From an uncultured Hormoscilla sp. (lineage in GTDB: Bacteria > Cyanobacteriota > Cyanobacteriia > Cyanobacteriales > Desertifilaceae): a stretch of DNA of 64,000 bases. The translations under genes and the position numbers were made by a program. Position 1 is the stretch's first letter. Each line of letters starts with the position of its first letter. Below are positions 1-12,145 of this stretch, piece after piece. Below the pieces are notes generated by a model that was not told where the DNA came from, searched no databases, and worked only from the letters and a program-made list of their open reading frames with translations. Where the stretch lies: assembly GCA_963921275.4 (NCBI GenBank), contig OZ001293.3:4672001-4736000 (forward strand), written 5' to 3'.

Positions 1-1
1 T

Positions 2-2797
2 ATCGCCGCTTCCGATGACCTTACGGGTAATGCAAGTTTGGGCGGTGACTGGGAACTAGAGGTGCATGGGGGTAAAGTTGAGGCCGCACTGGCGTTTCAG
101 CCCCAGGCAATTCAGACTTACGAGTATGTGTTTGATACTTTCCGCATCAACGATGTGACTGTGACGGAAGGGGACGGCGGTACTACTGACGCCGTTTTCA
201 CGGTCACTTTGGCTGCCGCCCTGGAGGAGGCAGCCTCAGTAGAATTTGATACGGAAGATTTGTCCGCAGATGCAGGGGTAGATTACGAAAGCACGACAGG
301 TACGCTGACTTTTGAGGCGGGTGAAACTACTCAAGAACTGATTGTGCCTGTAATTGGTAATATTCTATCCCAAGGCGATCGGGCTTTCTTAGTACAGTTG
401 TCCAACTCTTCCGAAAATACCACGCTCGGGGATAATCAGGGTATCGGGGTAATTGCAGATGACGATCGGATGTCCTTGTCTGTGGAAAATACCCAGGCGA
501 TCGAAGGAGAAGCTGCCATCTTTACGGTCAGGCTATCAACCGCTAGTGAAGAACCAGTGATAGTCGAGTATGCCACGGTAAGTGATACAGCAGTTGATGG
601 GGAGCATTTTGAACCTACTAGCGGTGAGCTGACATTAGAGCCGGGAGAACTAGAGAAGACCGTTACGATCGAGACGATCGACAATGAAGAATTAAACCCA
701 GACCGCGAGTTCCTGCTGGAACTAACCGCAGTCGAGGGTGCAACTATTGCCTCAGACAGGAAAACAGCGACAGCGACCATTGCAGATAACAATCTGTCAA
801 TTTCTGGTAGCAAGTGGAATGACCTGAATAACAATCAAAAGCGCGATCGAGGAGAACCGGGGTTGGCGGGAGTCACAGTCTACCTGGATCTGAATGATAA
901 TGGTCGCCTAGATGCTGGCGATCGCAGCACCACCACCAATGCTAACGGCGAGTACCTGTTTGACAACCTGACTGCAGGCGAATATTTGGTACGGGAAGTC
1001 GTCCTTGATGACTTTTTACAGAGTTTTCCCGTGGGCGAGGTCACGGAAACAGGGGTGATACTGGATGGGACAGGGATTCAATTTGGTGACATCTCCCTGA
1101 CTACAGGGGACAGTAACCTCACTACTGATGCTTATGGTGCTTTCGGTAGCGATGCAGAGGATAGCACTACTTTGGCCTCTGGGATAGCCCTCCGCATTGA
1201 GGAAGAAACCGAGGCGACATTCTTAACTACTGGAGAAATTGGCAATTCTGGCAATCTCTCAGATCCGGGCTTTACCGCATTCACCAACAGCAGCGCTACT
1301 AGCAGTTTCAATTTCAGTGATCTTGACTTTACCCTTAGCCAAACCTTCCGAGAAGTTGGCAACACTAGGGTTTTAACCCAAACCTATTTTATCTCTAATT
1401 CAGGCACCGCCAGGGTAGACTGGGAAATGTTCCGCTACTTCGATGATAATCTTCAGTTTGATAATAGCGCTGATAATGGCGGGGGCGCGCGCAGCGCTTT
1501 CGAGGGACAAGAAATTCTGTTTGAAACCGAGACTGCTGGTACTACACGAGACGACTCGGATTTTGTCGGTATTACTGCTACGGGCGGTAACAGGGACACC
1601 CCAGGACGCTATGAAGTCAATGACGCCTCAGATCTGGTAAATAACATTGTCGATTTTTCGCGCAGCGTAGCTTCCGGACTGGACGATATTGTAAATGGCG
1701 ATCGGGATAATGATGGATTTGTGGATGCCGAGGCGGGTTATGATATCAGTCTGGCCTTGAGAAATAGCTTTAGTCTTGACCCAGACGAATCAACAGTCTA
1801 TACTACTACCACCATCTTCGGATCGGGTGCGCTAGCAGATGTGGATGTGCAGTCAGGGGGATTTTACCGGCTGACCTTGAATGCGGAAGAACCAATTACA
1901 GCAGCTGATTTCGCCAATTTTCAGATTACCATACCGGAAATATCAGTGGAGAATGCTTCTGTCCAAGAGGGCGATCGGGACCCGGACAACCCGGATCGGC
2001 CAACTGCTAATCTAGAATTCACTGTGCTGCTGTCAGAACCTACTATAGTGCTTGTAACGGTGGATTATGAAACCGCAGACCAGTCGGCAACGGTTGGACG
2101 TGATTACCAATTGACTGCCGATACCCTGGTGTTTGCACCCGGGGAAACTGAGAAAACAGTCACCGTGCCCGTTTTGGGTGACGAAGAGGTGGAATCAGAA
2201 GAGACCCTGTTACTACTGCTGAGTGATGCTGCAGTCGGGATAATTATTGACAACGAGGCAACTGGGACGATCGCCAATGATGACCTACCCAGTTTGTCTA
2301 TTCCCAATATAGAGATGAGTGAGGGAGACAGGGGTGCTAATAATGCGGTCTTCCAGGTGCGTCTGTCAGCACAGGCGATCGATCCTGTAACCTTTAACTA
2401 TAGTACCCAGGATGGCACCGCAGTAGCTGGCAGCGATTACGAACGGACTACAGGAGTTTTGACTATTAATCCCGGTCAGATCCAAGGGACGATCGCGGTG
2501 CCTATTATTGGGGATATCTCCTTAGAACCAGATGATATCTTTTTTCTACAGCTGACCGATATTAACAATGGACAGCCGAATACTGTGGAAGTCCGAGGTA
2601 CGATTATCAATGATGACGACTCTCAGCGCCACGACCTCCCAGATGTGCCAACGTCTACGCCAGCGCCAGCGCCACCCTCTCTACCTGCTTTTGACGAGAG
2701 TTTCTATCTGGCCCAAAACCCTGATGTCGCCGCTGCAGTGGCTACCAATGCTTTTGCCAGTGGACTGGAACATTTTCTTCAGTTCGGACAATTCTAA
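2..2797 (+). CDS. Large secreted Calx-beta repeat / SdrD-B-like surface protein; 5' end lies outside the window; premature TAA near the C-terminus (frame continues to 3097)
   Basis: Repeated Calx-beta motifs (TAVAGSDYERTTGVLT, GTIINDD), SdrD-B-like GSKWNDLNNN...GEPGLAGVTVYLDLNDNG, and C-terminal FDESFYLAQNPDVAAAV repeats. Frame open from position 2. Confidence 0.85.
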   Translation: MAASDDLTGNASLGGDWELEVHGGKVEAALAFQPQAIQTYEYVFDTFRINDVTVTEGDGGTTDAVFTVTLAAALEEAASVEFDTEDLSADAGVDYESTTGTLTFEAGETTQELIVPVIGNILSQGDRAFLVQLSNSSENTTLGDNQGIGVIADDDRMSLSVENTQAIEGEAAIFTVRLSTASEEPVIVEYATVSDTAVDGEHFEPTSGELTLEPGELEKTVTIETIDNEELNPDREFLLELTAVEGATIASDRKTATATIADNNLSISGSKWNDLNNNQKRDRGEPGLAGVTVYLDLNDNGRLDAGDRSTTTNANGEYLFDNLTAGEYLVREVVLDDFLQSFPVGEVTETGVILDGTGIQFGDISLTTGDSNLTTDAYGAFGSDAEDSTTLASGIALRIEEETEATFLTTGEIGNSGNLSDPGFTAFTNSSATSSFNFSDLDFTLSQTFREVGNTRVLTQTYFISNSGTARVDWEMFRYFDDNLQFDNSADNGGGARSAFEGQEILFETETAGTTRDDSDFVGITATGGNRDTPGRYEVNDASDLVNNIVDFSRSVASGLDDIVNGDRDNDGFVDAEAGYDISLALRNSFSLDPDESTVYTTTTIFGSGALADVDVQSGGFYRLTLNAEEPITAADFANFQITIPEISVENASVQEGDRDPDNPDRPTANLEFTVLLSEPTIVLVTVDYETADQSATVGRDYQLTADTLVFAPGETEKTVTVPVLGDEEVESEETLLLLLSDAAVGIIIDNEATGTIANDDLPSLSIPNIEMSEGDRGANNAVFQVRLSAQAIDPVTFNYSTQDGTAVAGSDYERTTGVLTINPGQIQGTIAVPIIGDISLEPDDIFFLQLTDINNGQPNTVEVRGTIINDDDSQRHDLPDVPTSTPAPAPPSLPAFDESFYLAQNPDVAAAVATNAFASGLEHFLQFGQF

Positions 2798-3179
2798 GGT
2801 CGCAGTCCCAGCCAGAACTTCAATTTTGACGAAGCCTTTTATCTGGCCCAGTATCCCGATATTGCCACTGCCGTACTTGGTGGTATATTTTCTACTGGAC
2901 TGGAACATTATCTTCAGTTTGGACAATTTGAAGGTCGTCTGCCTAGCCCTAATTTTAATCTCGACTTCGATGAAGCCTTCTATCTCGCCCAAAACCCCGA
3001 TGTTGCGATCGCCGTAGAGGCTTCTGCTTTCAGAAGCGGGCGAGAACATTATCTTCTATTTGGCTTTTTGGAAGGGCGATCGGCTACTCCTAGTTAATGG
3101 TTCATGGTTAACATTCTTTATTAATCATCAACTATTAGTCGATCGCGGCAGCGCGGCGATCGTATAAAACATGACATAA

Positions 3180-3920
3180 ATGTACAAAAAAGTTAAGGTA
3201 AAACCCAACTCCAAAAAGCAGGAGAATGCGCTGCGCGCACGCTACGCGACCGCAATCAAACTGACAGCGATCGTCCTCGCCGGAGGTCAAAGTGAGCGCA
3301 TGGGTAAAGATAAAGCCCTAATTCCTATTGAAGGAGTGCCGCTAATTGGTAGGATTTGTAACATCGCCAAATCCTGTAGTGATCGGGTTTATGTAGTTAC
3401 CTCCTGGCCAGAAAGATATCGGGAAATTATACCTAAGGACTGTCATTTAATCTCGGAAGTCCCAATAGCAGGAGAAAGCCAACCAAGTGGACCGCTAGTG
3501 GGGTTTGTTCAAGGGTTAGTTCATGTAGAATCAGATTGGGTATTATTACTCGCCTGTGACTTGCCTAAGCTGCGCGCTGATGTCTTGCAAGACTGGGTGG
3601 TAAAATTAACAGAGGTACAAAGAGAGGCGATCGCCCTCTTGGTGCAAGGAGATCGCTATTTGCACTACTCCGATTTTTCCGGAACGATAGACATGAAATG
3701 GGGATGGGAACCCCTGTGCGGCTTTTACAGGCGATCTTGCCTGCCAGAGTTAACCCAATTTATCCAACAAGGGGGGCGATCGTTTCAGCAGTTTCTTGCC
3801 TCCCAGACAGTAGCAGAACTTCCCCTAACGGACCGCGAAATGCTATTTAATTGTAACACGCCAGCAGACTTGGAAGAATTGAGAATTGAGAATTCTACTG
3901 AGGACCCTCTCGCCAAGTAA
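3180..3920 (+). CDS. mobA: Molybdenum cofactor guanylyltransferase
   Basis: LAGGQSERMGKDKA, GPLVG, LLACDLP, WEPLCGFY and FNCNTP motifs. Confidence 0.9.
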   Translation: MYKKVKVKPNSKKQENALRARYATAIKLTAIVLAGGQSERMGKDKALIPIEGVPLIGRICNIAKSCSDRVYVVTSWPERYREIIPKDCHLISEVPIAGESQPSGPLVGFVQGLVHVESDWVLLLACDLPKLRADVLQDWVVKLTEVQREAIALLVQGDRYLHYSDFSGTIDMKWGWEPLCGFYRRSCLPELTQFIQQGGRSFQQFLASQTVAELPLTDREMLFNCNTPADLEELRIENSTEDPLAK

Positions 3921-4330
3921 AAATTATTTCCTCCTCTGCTTGCCTAAACTCAATATTAAACTTATCGAAGACAATCTCTCTTCCCAAAAGCATCACATCA
4001 GGTGTATTATTTTGCAACCAGGCGAAAGGCGCTGTAAAACTATATCCGTCGATCGTCATTTCAACTCTTCGTAAAACATACTCCACCGTCCCCCCTAATG
4101 TTTCTCCCGCTAATAGTTCCTCTCCAGAAGCTAACCTATATCCCAAATCTCGACCATTTTTCAGGGATATTACGCTAAAGTCTGCCCCTGAATCAACTCA
4201 GGTTTTCACCATGAACAATAATGCCATTAGCATTATAGGCAACATATTCATGGGCATACTGCTGTATCAGCTGCTCGTTGCGGTTCAACCATTTGAGCAT
4301 TTCCTTGATTTCCTGTTTAGTTGCATTCAT
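3895..4330 (-). pseudogene. Truncated small DUF5678-like gene joined by deletion to a retropepsin-like aspartyl protease fragment
   Basis: MNATKQEIKEMLKWLNRN...EYVAYNANGIIVHGENL stops where another frame reads VDSGADFSVIS...LLGREIVFDKFNIEF. Confidence 0.6.
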
Positions 4331-4397
4331 ATCGTTAGTGCTTCGGCGGTTCTCCCGGTGCTGCAGGTTGCCCCCAACCCATCACCGGGAGGACGGA

Positions 4398-7300
4398 TCA
4401 CACAGAGAGGAAACTGCCCTCTAGGTCTGCGGCTAGTGTACGGTTAACGAGTCCTAAGTATTGCCCGCTGTCTGCTAGCTTGATGAGGGTATTTGTACCC
4501 ACCTGCTCTAGTTCCAAATCGGCTTCTGTCAAAATGCCCGTGAGGCCGATCGTGTCAATACCTATCTCAAAAGTCAGGATCACATCGGTATCAAAAAGGC
4601 GATCAACTGAGCCATTAGTTGACAACATAAAGATATCGGCGCCATCACCGCCGGACAACAGATCTCGACCTAAGCCACCATCCATAATATCATCTCCGGC
4701 GCCACCATCAAGAAAGTCATTTCCTGGACCTCCGAAGAGAATATCGTTGTCTACACCACCAGTCAGAGTGTCATCATTCTGATCGCCTACGAGCAAATCA
4801 TTTGCCCTCTTCACCACGGAGTGCATCATTGCCAGCGCGGCCACGAATGTCATCGTCATCGGGAGTGCCGATCAGAACATCGTCTTGCTCGCTGCCATTA
4901 ATCCGGTTCCGAGATGGCATTGGCCCCACCATGACCATTACGGTGGCCGTGTCAGTGCCGCCGTTCCCATCATCCACCCGATATATGAACTGGTCCATGC
5001 CCTGGAAGCCCGCGTTTGGCTGGTAGGAGATATCGTCATCACCCGGATCAGGAGTGCCCTGGTCATTCACTATGGCTGTACCGTTGCTGGGAGGGGTGGC
5101 GATGCTGAGGGTGAGAGGGTCCAGGTCCGCATCTATGTCGTTGGCCAGGACATCGATCGCCACCGGTGTGTCAATATCGGTGCGAGCCAGATCATTAAAT
5201 GCGACGGGAGGAGTGTTCACCGGAGGAGCGGAGGATATCTGAAACTGGCCTCGGATCTCACCATATGCGAACTCATTAGTGTGGATCTCCAAGTAAAGGT
5301 CAACCTCGTCTCCTGGTTGGTTTTCCCGCAGCACATCGACGAAATTACTCAATGGTGCATCAGCGGGGTCTGTTTCTTCCCAAATGCCCGATATAGTAGT
5401 TGAACCATCCGGGTTGAGCGCCAAGCTGAGGTCATCATCGTTAGGGTTAATTACCCCAAAGACAACTGGACCATTTTCACCCCGAAAAGCATTGAGGATA
5501 TGCAGTTCAGTGACATCATCATCTGTCGAAGGTGTTTGGGGCGTGCCGTCGATCAACCCGCCAAAGTCCAAACCTGAAACAGTGATACTGTAGCTGAGGG
5601 CATCTCCTGCTTCATTCAGGGTCATTTCGGCAGTCCCCATTGCCAGAGTATCTACAGGAGCCACAGCATCTTGAGGAGGAACCACTTGGTCCCATGTCAA
5701 TACAGATGTCAGGTTTACAGGATCGTTTGGAATATCCCGTTCGATGGTGATCCGTGCTACCTGGTAACCTGGCGCTGTGAAATCTGCCCCTGGAAATGCT
5801 GTCAATATATTCCCTTCAGGCATGAAACCCGGGTGCAAACCTACTACGCCATTTTCATCTACCCCCGCATTGGGTACCATCTGGGCTAAGAAAGCCGTGT
5901 TTTCGGGCACTTCGTCATTGACTTCCGTTCCGGCATCGTAAACCCGTTCTATTATGAAGTCTGCCCCGATGAAGTTACCGTCTTCATCGAATATCTCTAT
6001 GCCTTCGGGATTATTATTAGCAATGAAGGCATCGTTAGAAGGCACAACTATCGTCCCATAGCTGAAATAGCGCGATCGCTCGTCATTGGCATCCAGGATA
6101 AATGTCTCCATGGCACTATCCCCTGGAAGCACGGCATTGAAATGAGCTGTACCTTCTATGCTGCCCTCTACCAAACCTGCTCCACTCTCAATAAAGTCCG
6201 ACGAAAGGATAGCACTATCGCCATCCTCTGCCAACCGTTCTAGACGCTCTGGCGCCGGAGAGTCGACGTCGTAAATATCAAAGGTGCCATTATGAAAGCC
6301 TACCCACAAAGGGGACACCACCGTGCCGTCTTCAGGTGCCAGGTTATAGTACGTCACCCTTACTTCCACTGGTTCCGGTTCTGGTTCCTCTACCTCCGTG
6401 ACTGTGATTCGTGCTATTTCGTAACCTGGAACTGTGAAATCTGCATTGGCGAACATCGGATCGGACAATATGTTTCCTCCGGGATTAAAACCGGGGTGGT
6501 CTGTCACTACTCCACCTTCTGTTACCCCCGTGTTCCCATCCTCTGCCCAAAGAATGCCGTGTTCGCGGGTACTTCATCATTCACCTCGGTCCCCCCGTCA
6601 TTCACTTCACTCCCCAACACCATGAAATCCACTCCTACGAAGTTCCCATCTTCGTCGAATATCTCATGTGCCTCGGGATTGCCATTAGCGACGAAGGCGT
6701 CGTTTGAAAGGAGAATCATCGTGAAGTAGTCTAGGAACCGGGAGCGAGCGTCGTTGCTATCCAGGGTGAAGGTGGCCGTCACAGTTTCCCCGGGCGCGAT
6801 CGGGCCGTCCCCGACTGCACCATCTACCACACCCGCACCACTATCGAGGAATTCCTCAGACAGCACCATGACATTGCCATCTTCTGCCAAGCGTTCTCCA
6901 CCCACTGTCAGGGGCGCACCCGAGTCGTAAGTATCGAAGCCGCCATCCTGAAATCCTACCCATACCGGAGTCAGAAAAGTCCCGTCTTCAGGCGCTAGGT
7001 TTTCAATCGTCACCCTTACTTCCACTGGCTCCGGTTCTGATGGTTCGTCATCCTCTGTCTCTACCTCCACAGAACCCAGAGTGAAAGTTGCACTTGACTG
7101 GTCAGTGTTATCTCCCACAAATACGAAGCTTGGCAAATCATAGGGATTGAAGGGTAAAGGAGGCTGACTCGCTTGTGGGTCGAAGTTGTAGTTCCGTAGC
7201 GAACCACTCAGGATTTCTTCATCATCAGCCGACAGGGTGTAATCGCTGCCTTCTATCTTCAATTCATAGTCCGTCGGATTCGTCGTGTCGAACTCCACCT

Positions 7301-7718
7301 CCTCCCCAGAGACGAATTCCTGGGCCTGAGCGAATATCCGGTCTGCGTCAAAACCCAGTTCTATTTCATTCTGGCCGTCGCTGCTGACTGCAATGACACT
7401 GAAACCCGCCCGATTGTTAGAAAGACTGGCCTCTGAGTCGATCGCCAGATTAAAAGATACGGTAAAGCCCGCTTCCGCGTCCAGGGGAGGGAATGCTGAA
7501 TTTATTGGTTCTGCCTGCCCCGTCGCCAAATCAAATGTGTAATTCGTGTAGCCTGCGTATCCCCTGCGATCGCCAATGAAATCGCTATCTAGGGTAACTG
7601 CGTTATCAATTAACGTTTCGCTAGCAGTAGGGGCCAAAGGAAGTTGTACTAAACTCAGCTCTCCTTGCTCTGCTGGTCGCGTTCCTAGGGTTCCGTCGTA
7701 AAGGGTTGTGGTTGTCAC
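4398..7718 (-). pseudogene. Spondin_N + CHRD + cadherin-like + RTX Ca-binding secreted protein, split by two frameshifts (about 6520 and 4800)
   Basis: Three successive ORFs continue one architecture: SNDAFVANGNP...GTEVNDE spondin repeats, HTNEFAYGEIRGQ (CHRD), DVLANDIDAD, GGPGNDFLDGGAGDD nonapeptides. Confidence 0.85.
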
Positions 7719-7965
7719 GAGTTCTTCTCCTTTTTTTTTAGCTCTCGGTGCCCTCTTTGTTCTTTATGGGGGTTCGTGTCGGCGCTGTGTCTCCTGGGAG
7801 ATGCGGTGGGTGCGATCGGTCTGTGGCTCCGGCTGCCCGCGGGATACACCAACTGGTCATCCCATGAGAGATGCGATCGCCTGAGAGCGCCAACCCTCCA
7901 CATATATCAGCATATCATTCACCAATCATATCTGCGTGCCCCTGTCTTGACACCTCTTCCAGTTA

Positions 7966-8798
<833 letters not shown>

Positions 8799-8822
8799 TG
8801 CACTCCTACAATTACTAGTATA

Positions 8823-8986
8823 ACTCAAGTTGCTACCTATAAAAATTGCGACCTCCCAGACAGCCATTTTGGTAAATTTATTCGCCAAAATGCCGTTTTG
8901 GGGTAAATCACAAGGTAATTTTGGCTGATTTTGGCTGATTTTGGCGCTTTGCAAGGAGTTGAGGTTCTATAGGTAGCAACTTAGGT
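8823..8986. mobile_element. 164-bp MITE with IS982-type ends
   Basis: TIRs ACTCAAGTTGCTACCTATA / TATAGGTAGCAACTTAGGT differ by about 1 nt from the IS982 ends at 26482/27493; 7-bp TSD TAGTATA (8816-8822, 8987-8993). Confidence 0.9.
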
Positions 8987-9324
8987 TAGTATAAGCTTTC
9001 CGGATGCGAACGCAATCGCAAAAGTCGCGCCACCCAGGAGAGACCGGCAGATGATTGGAGTGACACTCGTTACCACCGGTAAGATAATAACGGCGTGACA
9101 AGAAAATTAACTGAGAGCATCTCACCTTTGCTTAAATAAAGTAGAATGGCAGCGCGATATCCTTTGAGTGCCAATCGCGCAGCGTAGCGCCAGCCATGTC
9201 CCCCCGGACAAGAGCACAACAAAAGACATCGAACGCTACGCAATTGCACGGAAATACTTTTGAGCAGCGATAGCCGCATGCAATATTGATGTAAGAAATT
9301 TTTCAGAGAGATAAAGCTAGATTT

Positions 9325-9720
9325 ATGAAAATCAAAAAAACGGAAGCCGAGTGGAAGCAGCAGTTGACACAAGAACAGTTTTATGTTACCAGAAAGAAGG
9401 GAACAGAAAGAGCTTTCACGGGAGAATACCACGACAACAAGGAGAAGGGAATATATAAATGTGTCTGTTGTGGGAACGACCTGTTTAGTTCAGAGACGAA
9501 GTACGACTCGGGCACGGGTTGGCCGAGTTTCTGGGCAGCGATAAATGAAGATCGTGTAGCCTATGAAGAGGACCGCAGTCTGTTCATGAGTCGAGTAGAA
9601 GTGCTGTGTGCGGCCTGTGATGCTCACCTGGGTCACGTGTTTTCCGATGGTCCTCGACCAACTGGACAACGCTACTGCATGAATTCGGCGGCCCTAAAGT
9701 TTGTTAAAGCTGACGAATGA
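9325..9720 (+). CDS. msrB: Peptide-methionine (R)-S-oxide reductase
   Basis: [37 protein letters not shown]. Confidence 0.97.
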   Translation: MKIKKTEAEWKQQLTQEQFYVTRKKGTERAFTGEYHDNKEKGIYKCVCCGNDLFSSETKYDSGTGWPSFWAAINEDRVAYEEDRSLFMSRVEVLCAACDAHLGHVFSDGPRPTGQRYCMNSAALKFVKADE

Positions 9721-9729
9721 CTTTGTCGT

Positions 9730-9776
9730 GTCTTCCGCGTACTTTTGTCCTTCAGAACAAAAGTACGCGGAAGACA
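9730..9776. terminator. Long palindrome between convergent msrB and cobO; possible bidirectional terminator
   Basis: GTCTTCCGCGTACTTTTGT-loop-ACAAAAGTACGCGGAAGAC. Confidence 0.55.
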
Positions 9777-9788
9777 AGAGTGCTTGTC

Positions 9789-10928
9789 TTAAAAGTCTAC
9801 GCCGCGCTTCAAATCAACGCCTTTTTCAGCATAATGTTTATGGCAAACCATTTCTGAGTGAATATTGGCCAGATCGAAATAAGCAGGTGGATTGAGACAG
9901 CGACCTGTAATAATAATTTCAGTGTCCTTAGGTTTGCGCAAGAGCGCCTCGACAATGGGTTCTTGGGGCAGTAATTCTAAATCTACAGTGGGATTGAGTT
10001 CATCGAGGATAATGGTTTTGTACAGACCCGAGGCGATCGCGGCCCGAGCAATTTCCCAACCCCGTTCAGCCTCGACATAGTCAATTTCTTGTTGCTTGCC
10101 CCGCCAGACAATGGCATCGCTACCGCACCGCTGATGATCGACCAGGTTAGGGTAGGACTGGCGCAGAGCGGCGATCGCCTCATCTTCGGTATAGCCAGTC
10201 CCTCCCTTAAGCCATTGTAAGATCAGCACACGGTGAGACTTATCCTGACCAATACCTTTGCCAATGGCTTGCAGGGCCTTACCTAAAGCACTGGTAGACT
10301 TACCTTTACCACTGCCAGTGTAGATTTCAAGGCCCTGAATGCCCCATTCTTGGGCCGTGTGATGGAAATGAGGTTTCATTTCTGAGTGCAGATCGGCAAT
10401 ATCTAAGAGAGGTTGGGGTGCAGCTCTGCCGGTGGCGATAATTTCGGTATGTTCTGGTTTATGCTTGAGAGTCTGGAGTACAGCATCTACCGGTAGCAAC
10501 CCTAAGTCGAGCACGGGATTGATTTCATCTAGGACGATAACCGAGTACAGACCAGAGACGATCGCCCCTTTGGCCACATCCCAGCCTCGCAATGCCTCGG
10601 ATCGATCGAAGCGAGTAATTTTCTCTGGACCAAAATACTCAGATCTGCCAGTGCGAACCTGGTCGATCAGATGAGGGAACCCCTGTTGCAGGGCGGCGAT
10701 CGCCGCATCTTCGTCATAGGTGCGTCCCGGTCCTTTCAGGAACCGCAACAATAAAACACGGGTTTCGACATCGGAGTTGATTCCCAGACCGATTGATCGC
10801 AATACCACACCTAGGGCGGCCTGGGACTTGCCCTTGCCTGCGCCATCATAAACGTGAATCTGACCGGCCAACCTGTCCGTTCTCACCACAGCCGTGCGAA
10901 TACCAATCCCGTTTCTGGTCATAACCAC
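9789..10928 (-). CDS. cobO: Cob(I)yrinic acid a,c-diamide adenosyltransferase (cyanobacterial duplicated-domain form)
   Basis: Two YxGxGKGKS motifs, two LDE(I/L)NP motifs, two TGR motifs. Confidence 0.9.
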   Translation of the reverse strand: MVMTRNGIGIRTAVVRTDRLAGQIHVYDGAGKGKSQAALGVVLRSIGLGINSDVETRVLLLRFLKGPGRTYDEDAAIAALQQGFPHLIDQVRTGRSEYFGPEKITRFDRSEALRGWDVAKGAIVSGLYSVIVLDEINPVLDLGLLPVDAVLQTLKHKPEHTEIIATGRAAPQPLLDIADLHSEMKPHFHHTAQEWGIQGLEIYTGSGKGKSTSALGKALQAIGKGIGQDKSHRVLILQWLKGGTGYTEDEAIAALRQSYPNLVDHQRCGSDAIVWRGKQQEIDYVEAERGWEIARAAIASGLYKTIILDELNPTVDLELLPQEPIVEALLRKPKDTEIIITGRCLNPPAYFDLANIHSEMVCHKHYAEKGVDLKRGVDF

Positions 10929-10996
10929 CTGGCCTTTCCAGTTTTTACCTGCATAGTCTATAATAATATATCGTTACCACCTCTGGGAGCCTAGCT

Positions 10997-11509
10997 ATGA
11001 TCTTGCCTTTGCGGGCGATCGTCTTTCAACTCTTGTTAACCTTGGTGGCGATCGCCATTGAATCCTTGCACCTGCACAGACGGCTAAAATTGAGCCGTAA
11101 AACCAGTCTCGAATATGCTGTCTCTCTCAATTTACTCACCCTGTTTGCCGGTTGGTATCTGTTCTTTGTATTTTTCGGCACATTTCCCTCGGGGATGAGA
11201 TCAAGTCTGATGCAGTTTATTCTGTTCAATCAATACTCTAACGAAATTTGGCTCTTCCTGTTTGTGGCGGGAGTTTTAACATTTTTTATCACCTTGGCGA
11301 TCAAACTAAAAGGCTGGCAAATATTAGAGTATTTGCGGAATGAAATATTATTTGAAGAACCGTTGGAGTCAAAGGAGCAATTCATCAAATATTCAAACTT
11401 TTTCAATCCGGCGAGCGTGAGAGTGATGAAAATTATGCAAGCACATTCTTTTAGTTATAGTGCAATTTTACTGCTGCTATTTCTCAATTTATTGTTAACA
11501 GAGATTTAA
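10997..11509 (+). CDS. fraC: Filament integrity protein FraC-like
   Basis: LPLRAIVFQLLLTLVAIAIES...LSRKTSLEYAVSLNL; first gene of a fraCDE-like cluster. Confidence 0.75.
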   Translation: MILPLRAIVFQLLLTLVAIAIESLHLHRRLKLSRKTSLEYAVSLNLLTLFAGWYLFFVFFGTFPSGMRSSLMQFILFNQYSNEIWLFLFVAGVLTFFITLAIKLKGWQILEYLRNEILFEEPLESKEQFIKYSNFFNPASVRVMKIMQAHSFSYSAILLLLFLNLLLTEI

Positions 11510-11513
11510 GGCA

Positions 11514-12092
11514 ATGGATAAATTCTTGGAATATCTATTAAAACTGCAAAAACCAATAATGCCAGAAAGCTTGGCATCATGGAAAACTTTCATGGTTTTA
11601 AAGCTGTTTTCCCTGGTGTTAATATTAGTGAGTGAGGGCATAAATAAAGAAATATTAGCAGGATTGTCTTTGATATTTATCGCGATCGGGATGTGGTTTT
11701 TCACAAAAGAAAAACCGTTGAAATTTTTGGGAATTTCTGTAAATAGCTGGGCGATGAGTATCTTAATCTGCCTATTGCTATTGAAGCTGTTCCCAGGAGA
11801 AGTGACAAGCTGGGTGTGGATAAGCTGTCCGCAGTTGGCAGCAACGATCGCAGCTATACCAAAGTTTATGGAGTCAAAAAACAAGTTTAAGATTCCGGCA
11901 CCAGAGGTGCGCCAAAAGCTAGTGATTCTATTTCTCAGCTATTTGGTGCTCAGCTGTTGGCTAAATTTCACATTTATGATCCAGGAATGGTTAGAAAACG
12001 ACCCCAGTCTGATGCAGCAGGACTTCAGTAAAAGTTCATTTGTGGTGAAAGTTGAATGGCAAAAATGGTTGGAATGGAGAATAGTGAATTGA
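11514..12092 (+). CDS. fraD: FraD-like septal membrane protein (DUF5357-like)
   Basis: Multi-TM protein with SWKT and SCWLNF..IQEWL..DPSL...DFSKSSFV motifs; lies between fraC and an ABC permease. Confidence 0.6.
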   Translation: MDKFLEYLLKLQKPIMPESLASWKTFMVLKLFSLVLILVSEGINKEILAGLSLIFIAIGMWFFTKEKPLKFLGISVNSWAMSILICLLLLKLFPGEVTSWVWISCPQLAATIAAIPKFMESKNKFKIPAPEVRQKLVILFLSYLVLSCWLNFTFMIQEWLENDPSLMQQDFSKSSFVVKVEWQKWLEWRIVN

Positions 12093-12145
12093 CAATTCAC
12101 CATTTGCAATGGACAAAAGGAGAAGGTAGGGTGAATCCAAGGAGA

